DNA of 64,000 nucleotides from an uncultured bacterium. Its GTDB lineage: Bacteria; Patescibacteriota; Patescibacteriia; Magasanikbacterales; UBA922. Shown piece after piece: positions 29,300 to 39,171 of this stretch (its first letter is position 1; each line of letters starts with the position of its first letter). The DNA is taken from positions 126,921-190,920 of the forward strand of contig CALMAY010000038.1 of the NCBI GenBank assembly GCA_937861125.1, written 5' to 3'. The notes beneath the pieces were generated by a model that saw only the letters and a program-made list of their open reading frames with translations, made no database searches and was not told where the DNA came from. The translations under genes were made by a program, and so were the position numbers.

Positions 29300-31135
29300 A
29301 TGTCATCTCCTGTACAGGTTCTTCAGAGTAAATTTGGATACGAAACATTTCGTTTTCATCAAAAAGATATTATCGACGCCATCATGAAAAAACATGATGT
29401 GTTTGTGTTGATGCCGACCGGCGGGGGGAAGTCACTCTGTTATCAGATTCCTGCATTACTCATGGATGGACTGACGATTGTGATATCACCCTTGATCGCA
29501 CTGATGAAAGATCAGGTAGATGCGCTACGGCTTAACGGTGTCTCGGCGGCATATCTCAACTCATCACTGGGTGCAGCTGAAGCAGCTGATATTTACAAGC
29601 AATTACGCAAGGGTGAGATAAAACTTCTTTATGTCTCTCCAGAGCGCCTGATCCAAAACAACCAGCAGTTTTTGGTGTATCTGCGAGAGCTTAATGTCTC
29701 TCTCGTTGCGATTGATGAGGCGCACTGTATTTCACATTGGGGGCATGATTTTCGTCCGGAGTACCGCATGCTTTCGAATCTCAAAATGCATTTCCCAAAA
29801 GTACCCATCATTGCACTCACTGCGACCGCGGATCATCTCACTCGTGAAGACATACTCACGAAGCTCAAACTCAAAAACCCAAAAGTCTTTGTTTCGAGCT
29901 TTAATCGTCCCAATATTCGTTATACGATTACACAGAAAAGAAACATGTATGAGGGTATCATCTCGTATTTACGAAAACATCCTGATGATTCGGGTATTAT
30001 CTATGTCTTATCGCGCAATTCAGCGGAAAAGATGGCAGAGAAACTCACCGATGACGGATATTCTGCGCGAGCGTATCATGCTGGGCTCACACCTGAGCAG
30101 CGTCAACGTAACCAAGAGGCCTTTCTCAAGGATCGGGTGAAGATTATGGTAGCAACCATCGCCTTTGGTATGGGGATCAACAAATCCAACGTACGCTTTG
30201 TGATTCATGCAGATCTGCCGAAAAATATTGAGAGTTATTATCAGGAAACTGGGCGAGCGGGGAGAGATGGGCTCAATAGTGATGCGATACTGTATTATAG
30301 CGGAGGAGACGTGACCAAGCTCAAGAAGTTTGCCATGGTGGAGGATAATCCAGAGCAGACACGCGTGATGCTTCACAAACTGTCACAAATGGCGACACTC
30401 TGCGAAGCGAATGCCTGTCGACGTCGAGCGGTGCTCAATTATTTTGGCGAAGAGGCACCTGAGGAGTGTGGTAATTGTGATGTCTGTCTAACAACCAAAG
30501 AAACATTTGATGCGACGGTTATCGCGCAGAAAGCGCTCTCTGCTGTAGCACGTCTCGAGAGTCGCTATGGACTGACCTATGTCGTTGATTTTCTTCGTGG
30601 TTCCAAATCAGAAAAGATTCAGGAACATCATAAAGAGTTGAAAACCTATGGAATAGGGAAAGATATTTCCAAAGAAGCATGGTATCTGTATTTCAAAGAT
30701 TTGCTCGCGATGAACTATTTACGCCAAGCAGGGACTGAGTATCCGATTTTGGCGTTGACAGAAAAAAGTCGTGATGTTTTGTTAGGACGCGAAAAAGTGT
30801 TTTTGGTGAAAAAAGAACTCAGTACCAAAGAAACTATCTTGTCCGAACAGGCGTATGAACATGAGTTATTTGATATTCTCAAACAAGTACGAACCGAAGT
30901 GGCGCAACGAGAAAATGTACCAGCGTATCTGGTTTTTTCAGATTCGACGTTGGTTGAGTTGGCGACCTATTTGCCACTCACACTATCAGATATCCGTAAG
31001 ATTTCTGGATTTGGTGATATTAAGTTGGAGAAGTATGGTGCAATATTTTTAGAACCAATTGTCGAGTATTGTCAGCAGAAACAATTGCAGACCAAGATTG
31101 ATGAAAAGGTACCGAAACGAGAACGACGTGTGTAG
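29300..31135 (+). CDS. recQ: ATP-dependent DNA helicase RecQ
   Basis: FGYETFRFHQKDII, MPTGGGKSLCYQIPAL, DEAHCISHWGHDFRPEY, RQC Zn motif CRR...CGNCDVC, C-terminal HRDC. Confidence 0.95.
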   Translation: MSSPVQVLQSKFGYETFRFHQKDIIDAIMKKHDVFVLMPTGGGKSLCYQIPALLMDGLTIVISPLIALMKDQVDALRLNGVSAAYLNSSLGAAEAADIYKQLRKGEIKLLYVSPERLIQNNQQFLVYLRELNVSLVAIDEAHCISHWGHDFRPEYRMLSNLKMHFPKVPIIALTATADHLTREDILTKLKLKNPKVFVSSFNRPNIRYTITQKRNMYEGIISYLRKHPDDSGIIYVLSRNSAEKMAEKLTDDGYSARAYHAGLTPEQRQRNQEAFLKDRVKIMVATIAFGMGINKSNVRFVIHADLPKNIESYYQETGRAGRDGLNSDAILYYSGGDVTKLKKFAMVEDNPEQTRVMLHKLSQMATLCEANACRRRAVLNYFGEEAPEECGNCDVCLTTKETFDATVIAQKALSAVARLESRYGLTYVVDFLRGSKSEKIQEHHKELKTYGIGKDISKEAWYLYFKDLLAMNYLRQAGTEYPILALTEKSRDVLLGREKVFLVKKELSTKETILSEQAYEHELFDILKQVRTEVAQRENVPAYLVFSDSTLVELATYLPLTLSDIRKISGFGDIKLEKYGAIFLEPIVEYCQQKQLQTKIDEKVPKRERRV

Positions 31136-31145
31136 CGTCTTTTTT

Positions 31146-31266
31146 GTCATCCCGAGCGAAGCCGAGGGATCCCTTTCTTATATCTAATTTAGCCAGAACG
31201 AAGTGAATAGAAGTCTTGTAGCTTACGAAAGGGATCCCTCCACTCCCTACGGTCGGTCGGGATGAC
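31146..31266 (+). repeat. 121-nt structured dispersed repeat, copy A (arms X ... Y')
   Basis: GTCATCCCGA...TCGGGATGAC termini. Inner stem GAGGGATCCCTTTC/GAAAGGGATCCCTC. Core AGCCAGAACGAAGTGAATAGA is shared with the copy at 54464-54584. Confidence 0.85.
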
Positions 31267-31305
31267 AAGAGTGGGGCAGATAATTCAATCATTTATAGAG
31301 TATTT

Positions 31306-31833
31306 ATGCAATCAATTATTTTCGCCAGTGGCTGTTTCTGGTGTACCGAGGCAGTGTTCCAGCAACTCAAAGGTGTTCAATCAGTTGTCTCTGGATATGT
31401 CGGTGGAGAAAAACCAAATCCAACGTATGATCAGGTAAGTATGGGTAATACTGGTCACGCTGAAGCAATCAAGGTGGAATATGATTCCACGGTAATCTCA
31501 CTTGATGTACTCTTGTCGGTCTTTTTTTCGACACATGATCCAACGACACGAAACCGTCAGGGTGCAGATGTGGGGTCTCAGTATCGTTCCGCTATTTTTT
31601 ATAACTCAGACGCAGAGAAACAGGTGATTGAATCTTTTATACAGCAATTGGAGACAGACAAAACGTTTGATAATCGCATTGTAACTGAGGTCGTACCAGT
31701 GCAGCAGTTTTATCCGGCTGAATCGTATCATCAATCGTTTTATGAACAAAACAAAAACTACCCGTATTGTCAGGTAGTGATTGAGCCAAAGTTGGCGAAG
31801 TTGCGAGAAAAGTTTGGTGCGTTTTTGAGGTAG
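31306..31833 (+). CDS. msrA: Peptide-methionine (S)-S-oxide reductase
   Basis: GCFWCTEAVF active-site motif. HDPTTRNRQGADVGSQYRS. Confidence 0.9.
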   Translation: MQSIIFASGCFWCTEAVFQQLKGVQSVVSGYVGGEKPNPTYDQVSMGNTGHAEAIKVEYDSTVISLDVLLSVFFSTHDPTTRNRQGADVGSQYRSAIFYNSDAEKQVIESFIQQLETDKTFDNRIVTEVVPVQQFYPAESYHQSFYEQNKNYPYCQVVIEPKLAKLREKFGAFLR

Positions 31834-31931
31834 TTTTTTCATTGATATAAGAGTACTACGACGCCGTTGGAACGTCTTGGCATTTTTTTATAGCCGTGCT
31901 ACTATGGAGGGGTAATTTTAATGTATTTTTT

Positions 31932-33119
31932 ATGATCTCTCTTGCATCATTTTGGCGTCAAAAAAAGAAGCCAATTCTCGTCGTTTTGTGTATCGTATTA
32001 GGTTTTTTGGGTCTTTGGGGTTTGAGCAAGCTTGCCACTGGCTCTGCCTCAGAAGAAGCTCTTACTGTCCGCGAGGGTGATTGGACCAAAGGATCTGTTC
32101 GTGCTCGTGCGACATTGGTTGAGTATGCTGATTTTCAGTGCCCTGCATGTTCGCAGGTTTCTGTTGTTTTGGATCAGATGATGGTCAAATATCCAGATGA
32201 TCTTCGTCTTGTCTATCGTCATTTCCCACTCACTGGACTTCATGATAATGCAACAATTGCTGCCAAGGCAGCAGAAGCTGCTGGAAAACAAGGGAAATTT
32301 TGGGAAATGCATGACATTTTGTTTGCCAAACAGACAGAATGGGAAAAACAACAAAATCCGACAGCGATGTTTGCTCAATATGCGACGACACTGGGATTAA
32401 ATGTAGAACAATTTGCGAGTGATCTCATTAGCACTGATGTAGCTGCAAATGTAGAGCGTGGTGCGTCTGAAGCTCGTGCGCTCGCGCTGACTGGTACCCC
32501 ATCTCTCTTTTTGAATGGAGAGAAGATTCAGATTCAATCAGTTGCTCAGCTCGAATCACTTATTCAAGCTGCTATTAATAATAGTGATGTGGAGCCAACA
32601 CAGAATGGTGAACCGACTGCGGTTCACTGGCATTTTGATCTCAAAACAGTCATTAATGGAAAAGAAATTGATTTTTCACAATCAAAATATCAATCGACAG
32701 ATGAAAAGAAGTTGAGTGAATATGTTCATCTCCATGATGGAAATGGAAAAGTGGTACATATTCATCAGAGTGGTATCTCGTTACAGGATTTTTTTCAAAG
32801 TATTGGTATGGATATAACGACAGGCTGCATTACTACTGACACCAAAGAGACACTATGTAGTACCAACACAAAAGCATTGTCAGTATATGTCAATGGTGAA
32901 AAAGAGCCACGAGCAGGTGAGTATGAACCAAAAGATCTCGATCGTATCCTCGTAGTCTATGGACCAAAAAATGATACTACAATATCACAGTTGATTGAGA
33001 GTGTCTCCAATGATGCGTGTATCTATAGTGAAACATGTCCAGAGCGTGGTACGCCACCAGATGAGGCTTGTGTTGGTGGAATTGGTACTGAATGTGAGGT
33101 TGGTCATAGTCATGAATAA
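31932..33119 (+). CDS. DsbA-family thiol:disulfide oxidoreductase with extra Cys/His-rich C-terminal domain
   Basis: TM anchor. Thioredoxin-fold CPAC motif (ADFQCPACSQ). GTPSLFLNG. The C-terminal domain ends in CEVGHSHE. Confidence 0.7.
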   Translation: MISLASFWRQKKKPILVVLCIVLGFLGLWGLSKLATGSASEEALTVREGDWTKGSVRARATLVEYADFQCPACSQVSVVLDQMMVKYPDDLRLVYRHFPLTGLHDNATIAAKAAEAAGKQGKFWEMHDILFAKQTEWEKQQNPTAMFAQYATTLGLNVEQFASDLISTDVAANVERGASEARALALTGTPSLFLNGEKIQIQSVAQLESLIQAAINNSDVEPTQNGEPTAVHWHFDLKTVINGKEIDFSQSKYQSTDEKKLSEYVHLHDGNGKVVHIHQSGISLQDFFQSIGMDITTGCITTDTKETLCSTNTKALSVYVNGEKEPRAGEYEPKDLDRILVVYGPKNDTTISQLIESVSNDACIYSETCPERGTPPDEACVGGIGTECEVGHSHE

Positions 33120-33125
33120 GTTATT

Positions 33126-34424
33126 ATGCCATCAGTAAAAATAGAAAAATTAGTATTCGGAGGGCAGGGGATGGGCTACTGGGACAACAAGGCTGCTTTT
33201 GTGTGGAACGCACTTCCTGGTGAAGAGGTGGAGGTGGATGTAACGTACAACAAAAAAACGCACTCCGAAGGAACTGCAATCAAAATCAACAATCCCTCAC
33301 CTGATCGTATTGAACCACTTGAAGATCACGCGTCGATTTGTAGTGCGTGGAGCGTAATGACGCTCGAGGCCGAGCAGAAATGGAAAGAAGAAACTGCTCG
33401 CGAAGTATACGACCGTATGGGTGGTATCACGCTGCCATCATATGACATGATTTGGGAGACAAACAAAGATGGAAACAAGATCACTCATGGATATCGTAAT
33501 AAAATTGAATATAGTTTTGGGCAACATCCGGATGGTCGGGTGTCGTTTGCTTTTTTTGAGCGTGGCAAACGAAATCGTCGGCCAATTGATCAGTGTCTGC
33601 TCGCGTCTAAAGAAATTAATGAGACTGCGCAAACAATTTTTGATTGGGTGATCAAAAGAGAGATTTCACTTCGTTCACTCAAAGCGTTGATCGTGCGCAG
33701 TAACAAAGCGGGTGAGACTATCGCCACACTCTTTATCAAAGACGAAATGAAGTTTCGTGAAAAAGAAATTCAGGATTTACTGAGTAAATCATTTATTGGT
33801 TTTCAAATATATTATTCGACTCACAAAAGTCCTGCTTCTGTCCCAACAAAATTACTCTACTCTGTCGGAACTGATGCTATTACTGAGAACCTTGCCGGTG
33901 TCACATTTTCCTATGGTGCGTTGAGTTTTTTCCAAATTTGTCCACCAATTTTTGAGCGAGCACTGGAAGATATTCGTGCGCATATCGATTCATCTCTTCC
34001 ACTCGTTGATTTTTATGCTGGTGTTGGTTCCATCGGACTCACACTCGCTTCATCTGTCCCAAGTGTGCAGCTGGTAGAATCAAATCCTGAGGCAGTGGAA
34101 AATGCAGAAAAAAATATTCGCCTCAATGATCTTTCTGACAAGGTGACAGCAATTCTCTCACCTGCAGAAAAAGTGACAGAGTATATTACAGAAGATTGCC
34201 AAGTTGTTGTCGATCCACCACGCGCTGGACTTCATCCTGATGTGGTCAAACGGTTGCTTGAGGTGAAACCAAAACGCATTATCTATCTCTCCTGTGATCT
34301 CTCGACGCAGGCACGTGATATCAAGATGCTCAGTGAAGCGTACAGTATTTCATTTTCACGATTGTATAACTTTTTTCCACGGACGCCTCATATTGAGGGG
34401 TTGGTCGTGCTTGAACTTGTATGA
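33126..34424 (+). CDS. TrmA/RlmD-family SAM-dependent RNA (uracil-5-)methyltransferase with TRAM-like N-terminus
   Basis: N-terminal beta-barrel region (VKIEKLVFGGQGMG). SAM motif DFYAGVGSIG. VVDPPRAGL. YLSCD catalytic Cys region. Confidence 0.75.
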   Translation: MPSVKIEKLVFGGQGMGYWDNKAAFVWNALPGEEVEVDVTYNKKTHSEGTAIKINNPSPDRIEPLEDHASICSAWSVMTLEAEQKWKEETAREVYDRMGGITLPSYDMIWETNKDGNKITHGYRNKIEYSFGQHPDGRVSFAFFERGKRNRRPIDQCLLASKEINETAQTIFDWVIKREISLRSLKALIVRSNKAGETIATLFIKDEMKFREKEIQDLLSKSFIGFQIYYSTHKSPASVPTKLLYSVGTDAITENLAGVTFSYGALSFFQICPPIFERALEDIRAHIDSSLPLVDFYAGVGSIGLTLASSVPSVQLVESNPEAVENAEKNIRLNDLSDKVTAILSPAEKVTEYITEDCQVVVDPPRAGLHPDVVKRLLEVKPKRIIYLSCDLSTQARDIKMLSEAYSISFSRLYNFFPRTPHIEGLVVLELV

Positions 34425-36061
34425 ACGCCTCACAACTTTTCGTCAAAGCACTCGAACACGAGGGGGTAACCCATATTTTTGGTGTGCCTGGTGAAGAAAA
34501 TCTTGATTTTCTCGAAGCACTTCGAACATCATCCATTACGTTTGTCACTACTCGTCATGAACAGGCGGCTGGATTTATGGCAGCGACATATGGACGATTG
34601 ACGGGAAAGGTTGGTGTTTGTCTTTCAACTCTTGGTCCTGGCGCAACGAACTTTACCACTGCAGCCGCACATGCACAGCTGGGTGGTATGCCTATGATGA
34701 TGATTACGGGACAGAAACCAATTCGCAAAAGTAAACAAGGTCATTTTCAGATTATAGATACCGTCGCCATGATGCGACCACTGACCAAATTTGCCAAACA
34801 GATTGTAGAGGGAGAAACGATCCCAACACTGATCCGCGAGGCGATTCGACGTGCGGAGGATGAACGTCCTGGTGCGGTGTTGCTGGAACTACCAGAAGAT
34901 ATCGCAGCAGAAGAGGTGGGCGACGCACCACTCTTTCCAGTGTACAAAATCCGCCGTCCAGCAGCAGAAGAAAAGGCGATTGCTCATGCGGTTGAGTTAA
35001 TTAAAAACGCAAAACGACCACTCCTTCTCATTGGCGCAGCAGCAAATAGAAAACTCACTGCCAAAGCATTGCGAGAGTTTGTTGATGCGACTGGTATGTA
35101 CTTTTTTACCACACAGATGGGAAAGGGTGTGATCGATGAACGTCATCCGCAGTATCTTGGGTGTGCTGCACTCTCGAGTAAGGATATTTTGCATTGTGCG
35201 ATAGAACAAGCAGATCTGATTATCAATGTCGGTCATGATGTGATTGAGAAGCCGCCATTTTTTATGAAGTCAAATCAAACAGTCATTCATGTCAATTATC
35301 TTCCGGCAGAAGTGGATCCGATTTATTTCCCACAGTGGCAGGTGATTGGTGATATTGGGAATGCGATGTGGCAGCTCACTGAACAATTGAAAGAAGAAAC
35401 GTTGCAGTTTGATAATGAATATACTAAAAAAATTAAAGGTGAGATTGAACAACATCTCATTCGCGATGTTGAGATTGCAACATTTCCTATCGTTCCGCAG
35501 CGACTTGTCTCTGATATTCGTGCGGTGATGCCCGAAGATGGGATTGTTTCACTTGATAATGGGATGTATAAGCTCTGGTTTACACGTTATTACAAAGCCT
35601 ATCAACAAAACACAATCCTCATGGATAATGCACTGGCGACGATGGGTGCAGGTCTGCCAGCTGGTATGATGGTAAAGATGGTTTATCCTGATAGAAAAGT
35701 AGTTGTTGTGGCGGGGGATGGTGGATTTATGATGAACTCCCAGGATCTCGAGACAGCTGTTCGTCTCAAACTTGATCTTGTGATTATCGTGCTGGTTGAC
35801 AATGGATATGGTATGATTGATTGGAAGCAAAAGGGCGCAGGGATGGAATCATATTCACTCCAGTTTGGAAATCCTGATTTTGTGACGTATGCACAGGCGT
35901 ATGGTGCACATGGATATAGATTAGAAAAGACAGAAGAGTTCAAAGGTCTACTTCAGTCAGTACTAGGTAAAAAAGGTGTGCATTTGATCGAAGTTCCGAT
36001 TGATTATAGACAAAATGATATTGTGTTTGGGGAAGAATTAAAAAAAGTTTGTCCAATGTAA
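34421..36061 (+). CDS. Thiamine-diphosphate-dependent acetolactate synthase-like enzyme
   Basis: FGVPGEENLDFLEAL, HEQAAGFMA, and ThDP motif GDGGFMMNSQDLETAVR...NGYGMI. Confidence 0.8.
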   Translation: MNASQLFVKALEHEGVTHIFGVPGEENLDFLEALRTSSITFVTTRHEQAAGFMAATYGRLTGKVGVCLSTLGPGATNFTTAAAHAQLGGMPMMMITGQKPIRKSKQGHFQIIDTVAMMRPLTKFAKQIVEGETIPTLIREAIRRAEDERPGAVLLELPEDIAAEEVGDAPLFPVYKIRRPAAEEKAIAHAVELIKNAKRPLLLIGAAANRKLTAKALREFVDATGMYFFTTQMGKGVIDERHPQYLGCAALSSKDILHCAIEQADLIINVGHDVIEKPPFFMKSNQTVIHVNYLPAEVDPIYFPQWQVIGDIGNAMWQLTEQLKEETLQFDNEYTKKIKGEIEQHLIRDVEIATFPIVPQRLVSDIRAVMPEDGIVSLDNGMYKLWFTRYYKAYQQNTILMDNALATMGAGLPAGMMVKMVYPDRKVVVVAGDGGFMMNSQDLETAVRLKLDLVIIVLVDNGYGMIDWKQKGAGMESYSLQFGNPDFVTYAQAYGAHGYRLEKTEEFKGLLQSVLGKKGVHLIEVPIDYRQNDIVFGEELKKVCPM

Positions 36062-36081
36062 TTAGATATTATGTATTATAT

Positions 36082-36636
36082 ATGTCTATTGATCCAATGA
36101 TGTATCTCGCTCGTTTCATCGTGCGACCATTTTTAGAAAGTAGTATTGCAAAAGATGAGAAACAATTTATCCTAGAAAATGTAGATAAACACCGAAAAGC
36201 TTTTTGGATCACAGCTATTTCTGCTATTTGTGTATTTATTGGTTTACGTTCTCTGAGTGTGAGTGAGTTGACTACTGTTGTCTCTGCTTTAATTGCACCG
36301 GTGATGTTGCTTGGTACCGCGTGGTTTGCTATTAGCTTTGGTGGTGTACCGACAAAGTTACTTCATGTAGCAGTATCGATTACTTTTTTTATGTTTACTG
36401 CATTTTTGGTGTCACTGACTACTATGTTTGTGGCAATTTCATTTATTTCACCGTCAATTTTGTATCCTGTATTTGCTTTGATTTATGTCGCGACAGTGGT
36501 GAGTTGTATTCAATATGATTGTACCGATGCACTCAAGGTAGGACTTGATGATGCGTTGCTTAGACATTCACGTGCAGCGATTCGGTATTACCAAGAACGG
36601 GAAGGGATTAATATAGATGAAAATAAAGGGGGGTAA
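36082..36636 (+). CDS. Hypothetical multi-pass membrane protein
   Basis: Several hydrophobic segments. No recognised family. ATG 36082 lies after the previous stop. Confidence 0.45.
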   Translation: MSIDPMMYLARFIVRPFLESSIAKDEKQFILENVDKHRKAFWITAISAICVFIGLRSLSVSELTTVVSALIAPVMLLGTAWFAISFGGVPTKLLHVAVSITFFMFTAFLVSLTTMFVAISFISPSILYPVFALIYVATVVSCIQYDCTDALKVGLDDALLRHSRAAIRYYQEREGINIDENKGG

Positions 36637-36684
36637 ATAATTGTGTGTTTTAAAAAAGTTTGTCCTATATAATTATTTTTTTGT

Positions 36685-37170
36685 ATGAAAATGCCATCAA
36701 AAGAATTTTTTGGTCAGATGTTACTGGGTATGTTTGGTGGTGGTGTTTTGGGACCGATTGGATTGGGTCTTCTCACGAACTATGGAGGGAATAATGGATG
36801 TTTTGCGTGGGCTGATGCACTCTATGGTGTTCCTGGATATGAGTCGTGCATGCAGCTTGGTTTACATGGCGGCGTGATCATTGGAAGTTTGGTTGGTTTT
36901 TTGGTCTGGAAATATAGTAGTGTAGTACGTAACTATATATTGCGTGCACGGTTATTTATTGTCATATTAGGATATTTTCTTGGGGGGATTGGACTTTTAT
37001 TTGTTGTGCTAGTTTCTGGCGCACCATTTCGCTTTTCTTTTGAGATCTTTACTGATCCAGATTTTTATTTTATCTTTGGCGCTAATGTGACAGTATTTGT
37101 GTTTGCCTCTGTTTTATCTATCATTCCTTTTGCAATATATAGAGTATTACAAAATATATTTAATAAATAG
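36685..37170 (+). CDS. Hypothetical multi-pass membrane protein
   Basis: Four predicted hydrophobic helices, Gly-rich. No recognised family. Confidence 0.45.
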   Translation: MKMPSKEFFGQMLLGMFGGGVLGPIGLGLLTNYGGNNGCFAWADALYGVPGYESCMQLGLHGGVIIGSLVGFLVWKYSSVVRNYILRARLFIVILGYFLGGIGLLFVVLVSGAPFRFSFEIFTDPDFYFIFGANVTVFVFASVLSIIPFAIYRVLQNIFNK

Positions 37171-37175
37171 TATAT

Positions 37176-37787
37176 ATGTCTACCGAGTTATATATTCTAG
37201 ATCTCATTGGTACATTTGCATTTGGTGTGGGTGGCGCGTATATTGGACTCAAAAAACATTTTGATTTATTTGGTATTGTAGTATGTGCGGTGTGTACCGC
37301 GGTTGGCGGTGGTACTCTAAGAGAATTGTTGTTTAATAATACTCCGTTTTATTTTCATGATCCAAACTATGCTTTTATTATATGTATAGCAATTGGCGTA
37401 GTACTTTTATTTCAAACATACATTCATAAGTATTATATTTTGGTTGAGTATCTAGATGCAATTGGTTTAGTTACCTTTGCATTTATAGGTGCTTCTGTTG
37501 CACATGAGCACGGTCTTGGGTATATTGGTATTATGACCTGCTCTGTTTTGTCCTCTGCAGGTGGAGGGATAATACGAGATGTACTTATACGTGAAGAACC
37601 TGCTATTTTTTCTTCAAATGTGTATGCTACTATCGCAATAATCCTCGGTCTTCTCTTTGCTGCTACTACTTCATTTATAGATAATTATATATGGGTTGGT
37701 ACAATACTTTTTGTTTGTTTTATTTTTCGTGTGTATGTTATTCATACTGGTATTCATCTGTGGAAGCCTAAAGTTGTGATAACATAA
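37176..37787 (+). CDS. UPF0126 / TRIC-type cation channel family membrane protein (YadS/YicG-like)
   Basis: Duplicated UPF0126 motif: DLIGTFAFGVGGAYIG...AVGGGTLRELL and DAIGLVTFAFIGASVA...SAGGGIIRDVL. Confidence 0.75.
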   Translation: MSTELYILDLIGTFAFGVGGAYIGLKKHFDLFGIVVCAVCTAVGGGTLRELLFNNTPFYFHDPNYAFIICIAIGVVLLFQTYIHKYYILVEYLDAIGLVTFAFIGASVAHEHGLGYIGIMTCSVLSSAGGGIIRDVLIREEPAIFSSNVYATIAIILGLLFAATTSFIDNYIWVGTILFVCFIFRVYVIHTGIHLWKPKVVIT

Positions 37788-37796
37788 TTTTTGCTT

Positions 37797-39161
37797 ATGC
37801 CAATCCAATCCGTCAATCCATCCACCGAAGAAACACTCTGGTCATATCCAGAACTTTCTCCTGAGGAAGTGCAAACAAAAATAGCCAAGTCGCATGAGGC
37901 TTTTTTGTTATGGAAAAATTTGTCATATGCAGAGCGAGCGAAATATCTTTTTGCTGTTGCAAAAGAGCTTCGTGATAACGCACGAGCGTATGCAGAGATT
38001 GAGACAAAGGAAATGGGCATGCCAATTACCGCATCAATTGCCTCGGTAGAGAAATCCGCGTGGAATTGTGAGTACTTTGCGGAAAAATCAGAAGAGTTTC
38101 TCAAACCACACCCGATTGCGACAGATGCGAGTACGAGTTACGTGCGCTTTGATCCGCTTGGTACCATCCTGTTTGTCATGCCGTGGAATTTCCCATACTG
38201 GCAGGTATTTCGTCAGGCAGCTCCGACGCTGATGGCAGGTAACACAGTACTCCTCAAGCACGCCTCAAACGTGCCAGAAAGCGCTCTGGCGTGCGAAAGA
38301 GCCTTTCGTGCGGCAGGAGTGCCTGATGGAGTATTTCAGACACTTTTGGTAGGTGCATCTGCGATTGATGGGGTTCTCTCAGATGGTCGTGTAAAAGGGG
38401 TAAGTCTCACGGGAAGTGTCGCAGCTGGACGATCAGTAGCGAGTATAGCTGGACGAGAGATCAAGACCTCTGTGATGGAGCTTGGTGGTTCTGATCCGTT
38501 TATTGTTCTCGCAGATGCTGATATCGAGGCTGCGGCCAAAGGAGCGGCACTCGGACGTCTGATTAACTGTGGTCAATCATGTATTGCTTCCAAGCGGTTT
38601 ATCATTGTTGAGTCAGTGTATGTTCAATTTGTACAAGCATTCAAAAAAGAGATGGAACAGTATGTCGTTGGTGATGCAATAAATGAGGCGACACAGGTTG
38701 GTCCGATGGTGAGTGAAAAAGCACGTGCGGAGCTGCATGGTTTAGTAGAACAATCAATTGCTATGGGAGCACAGGTACTCCTAGGTGGTAAACCAAAAGA
38801 AGGGAAAGGGTATTTCTATGAACCGACTATTTTGGTTGATGTGACCGAGGATATGCCGGTGTTTGTCGAGGAAACATTTGGTCCAGTTGCACCAGTCCTC
38901 AAAGCTAAAGATACTGCAGATGCGATTCGTATGGCAAATAACACGCGATTTGGTTTGGGTGCATCTATTTGGAGTACAGATACAGATAGAGCACAGGAGT
39001 TGGCAAAAGAGATTAATGCTGGTATGGTCTTTATCAACAATATTACCAAGTCAGATCCACGATTGCCGTTTGGTGGGATTAATGAGGGAGGATATGGACG
39101 CGAAGTATCTGAGTTTGGGATCAAAGAGTTTATGAATATTAAGACTGTTTGGATTAAATAA
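37797..39161 (+). CDS. NAD(P)-dependent aldehyde dehydrogenase (succinate-semialdehyde dehydrogenase-like)
   Basis: ALDH motifs FPYWQV, MELGGSDP, GQSCIASKR (catalytic Cys), EETFGPV. Confidence 0.85.
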   Translation: MPIQSVNPSTEETLWSYPELSPEEVQTKIAKSHEAFLLWKNLSYAERAKYLFAVAKELRDNARAYAEIETKEMGMPITASIASVEKSAWNCEYFAEKSEEFLKPHPIATDASTSYVRFDPLGTILFVMPWNFPYWQVFRQAAPTLMAGNTVLLKHASNVPESALACERAFRAAGVPDGVFQTLLVGASAIDGVLSDGRVKGVSLTGSVAAGRSVASIAGREIKTSVMELGGSDPFIVLADADIEAAAKGAALGRLINCGQSCIASKRFIIVESVYVQFVQAFKKEMEQYVVGDAINEATQVGPMVSEKARAELHGLVEQSIAMGAQVLLGGKPKEGKGYFYEPTILVDVTEDMPVFVEETFGPVAPVLKAKDTADAIRMANNTRFGLGASIWSTDTDRAQELAKEINAGMVFINNITKSDPRLPFGGINEGGYGREVSEFGIKEFMNIKTVWIK

Positions 39162-39171
39162 GACAGAAATT

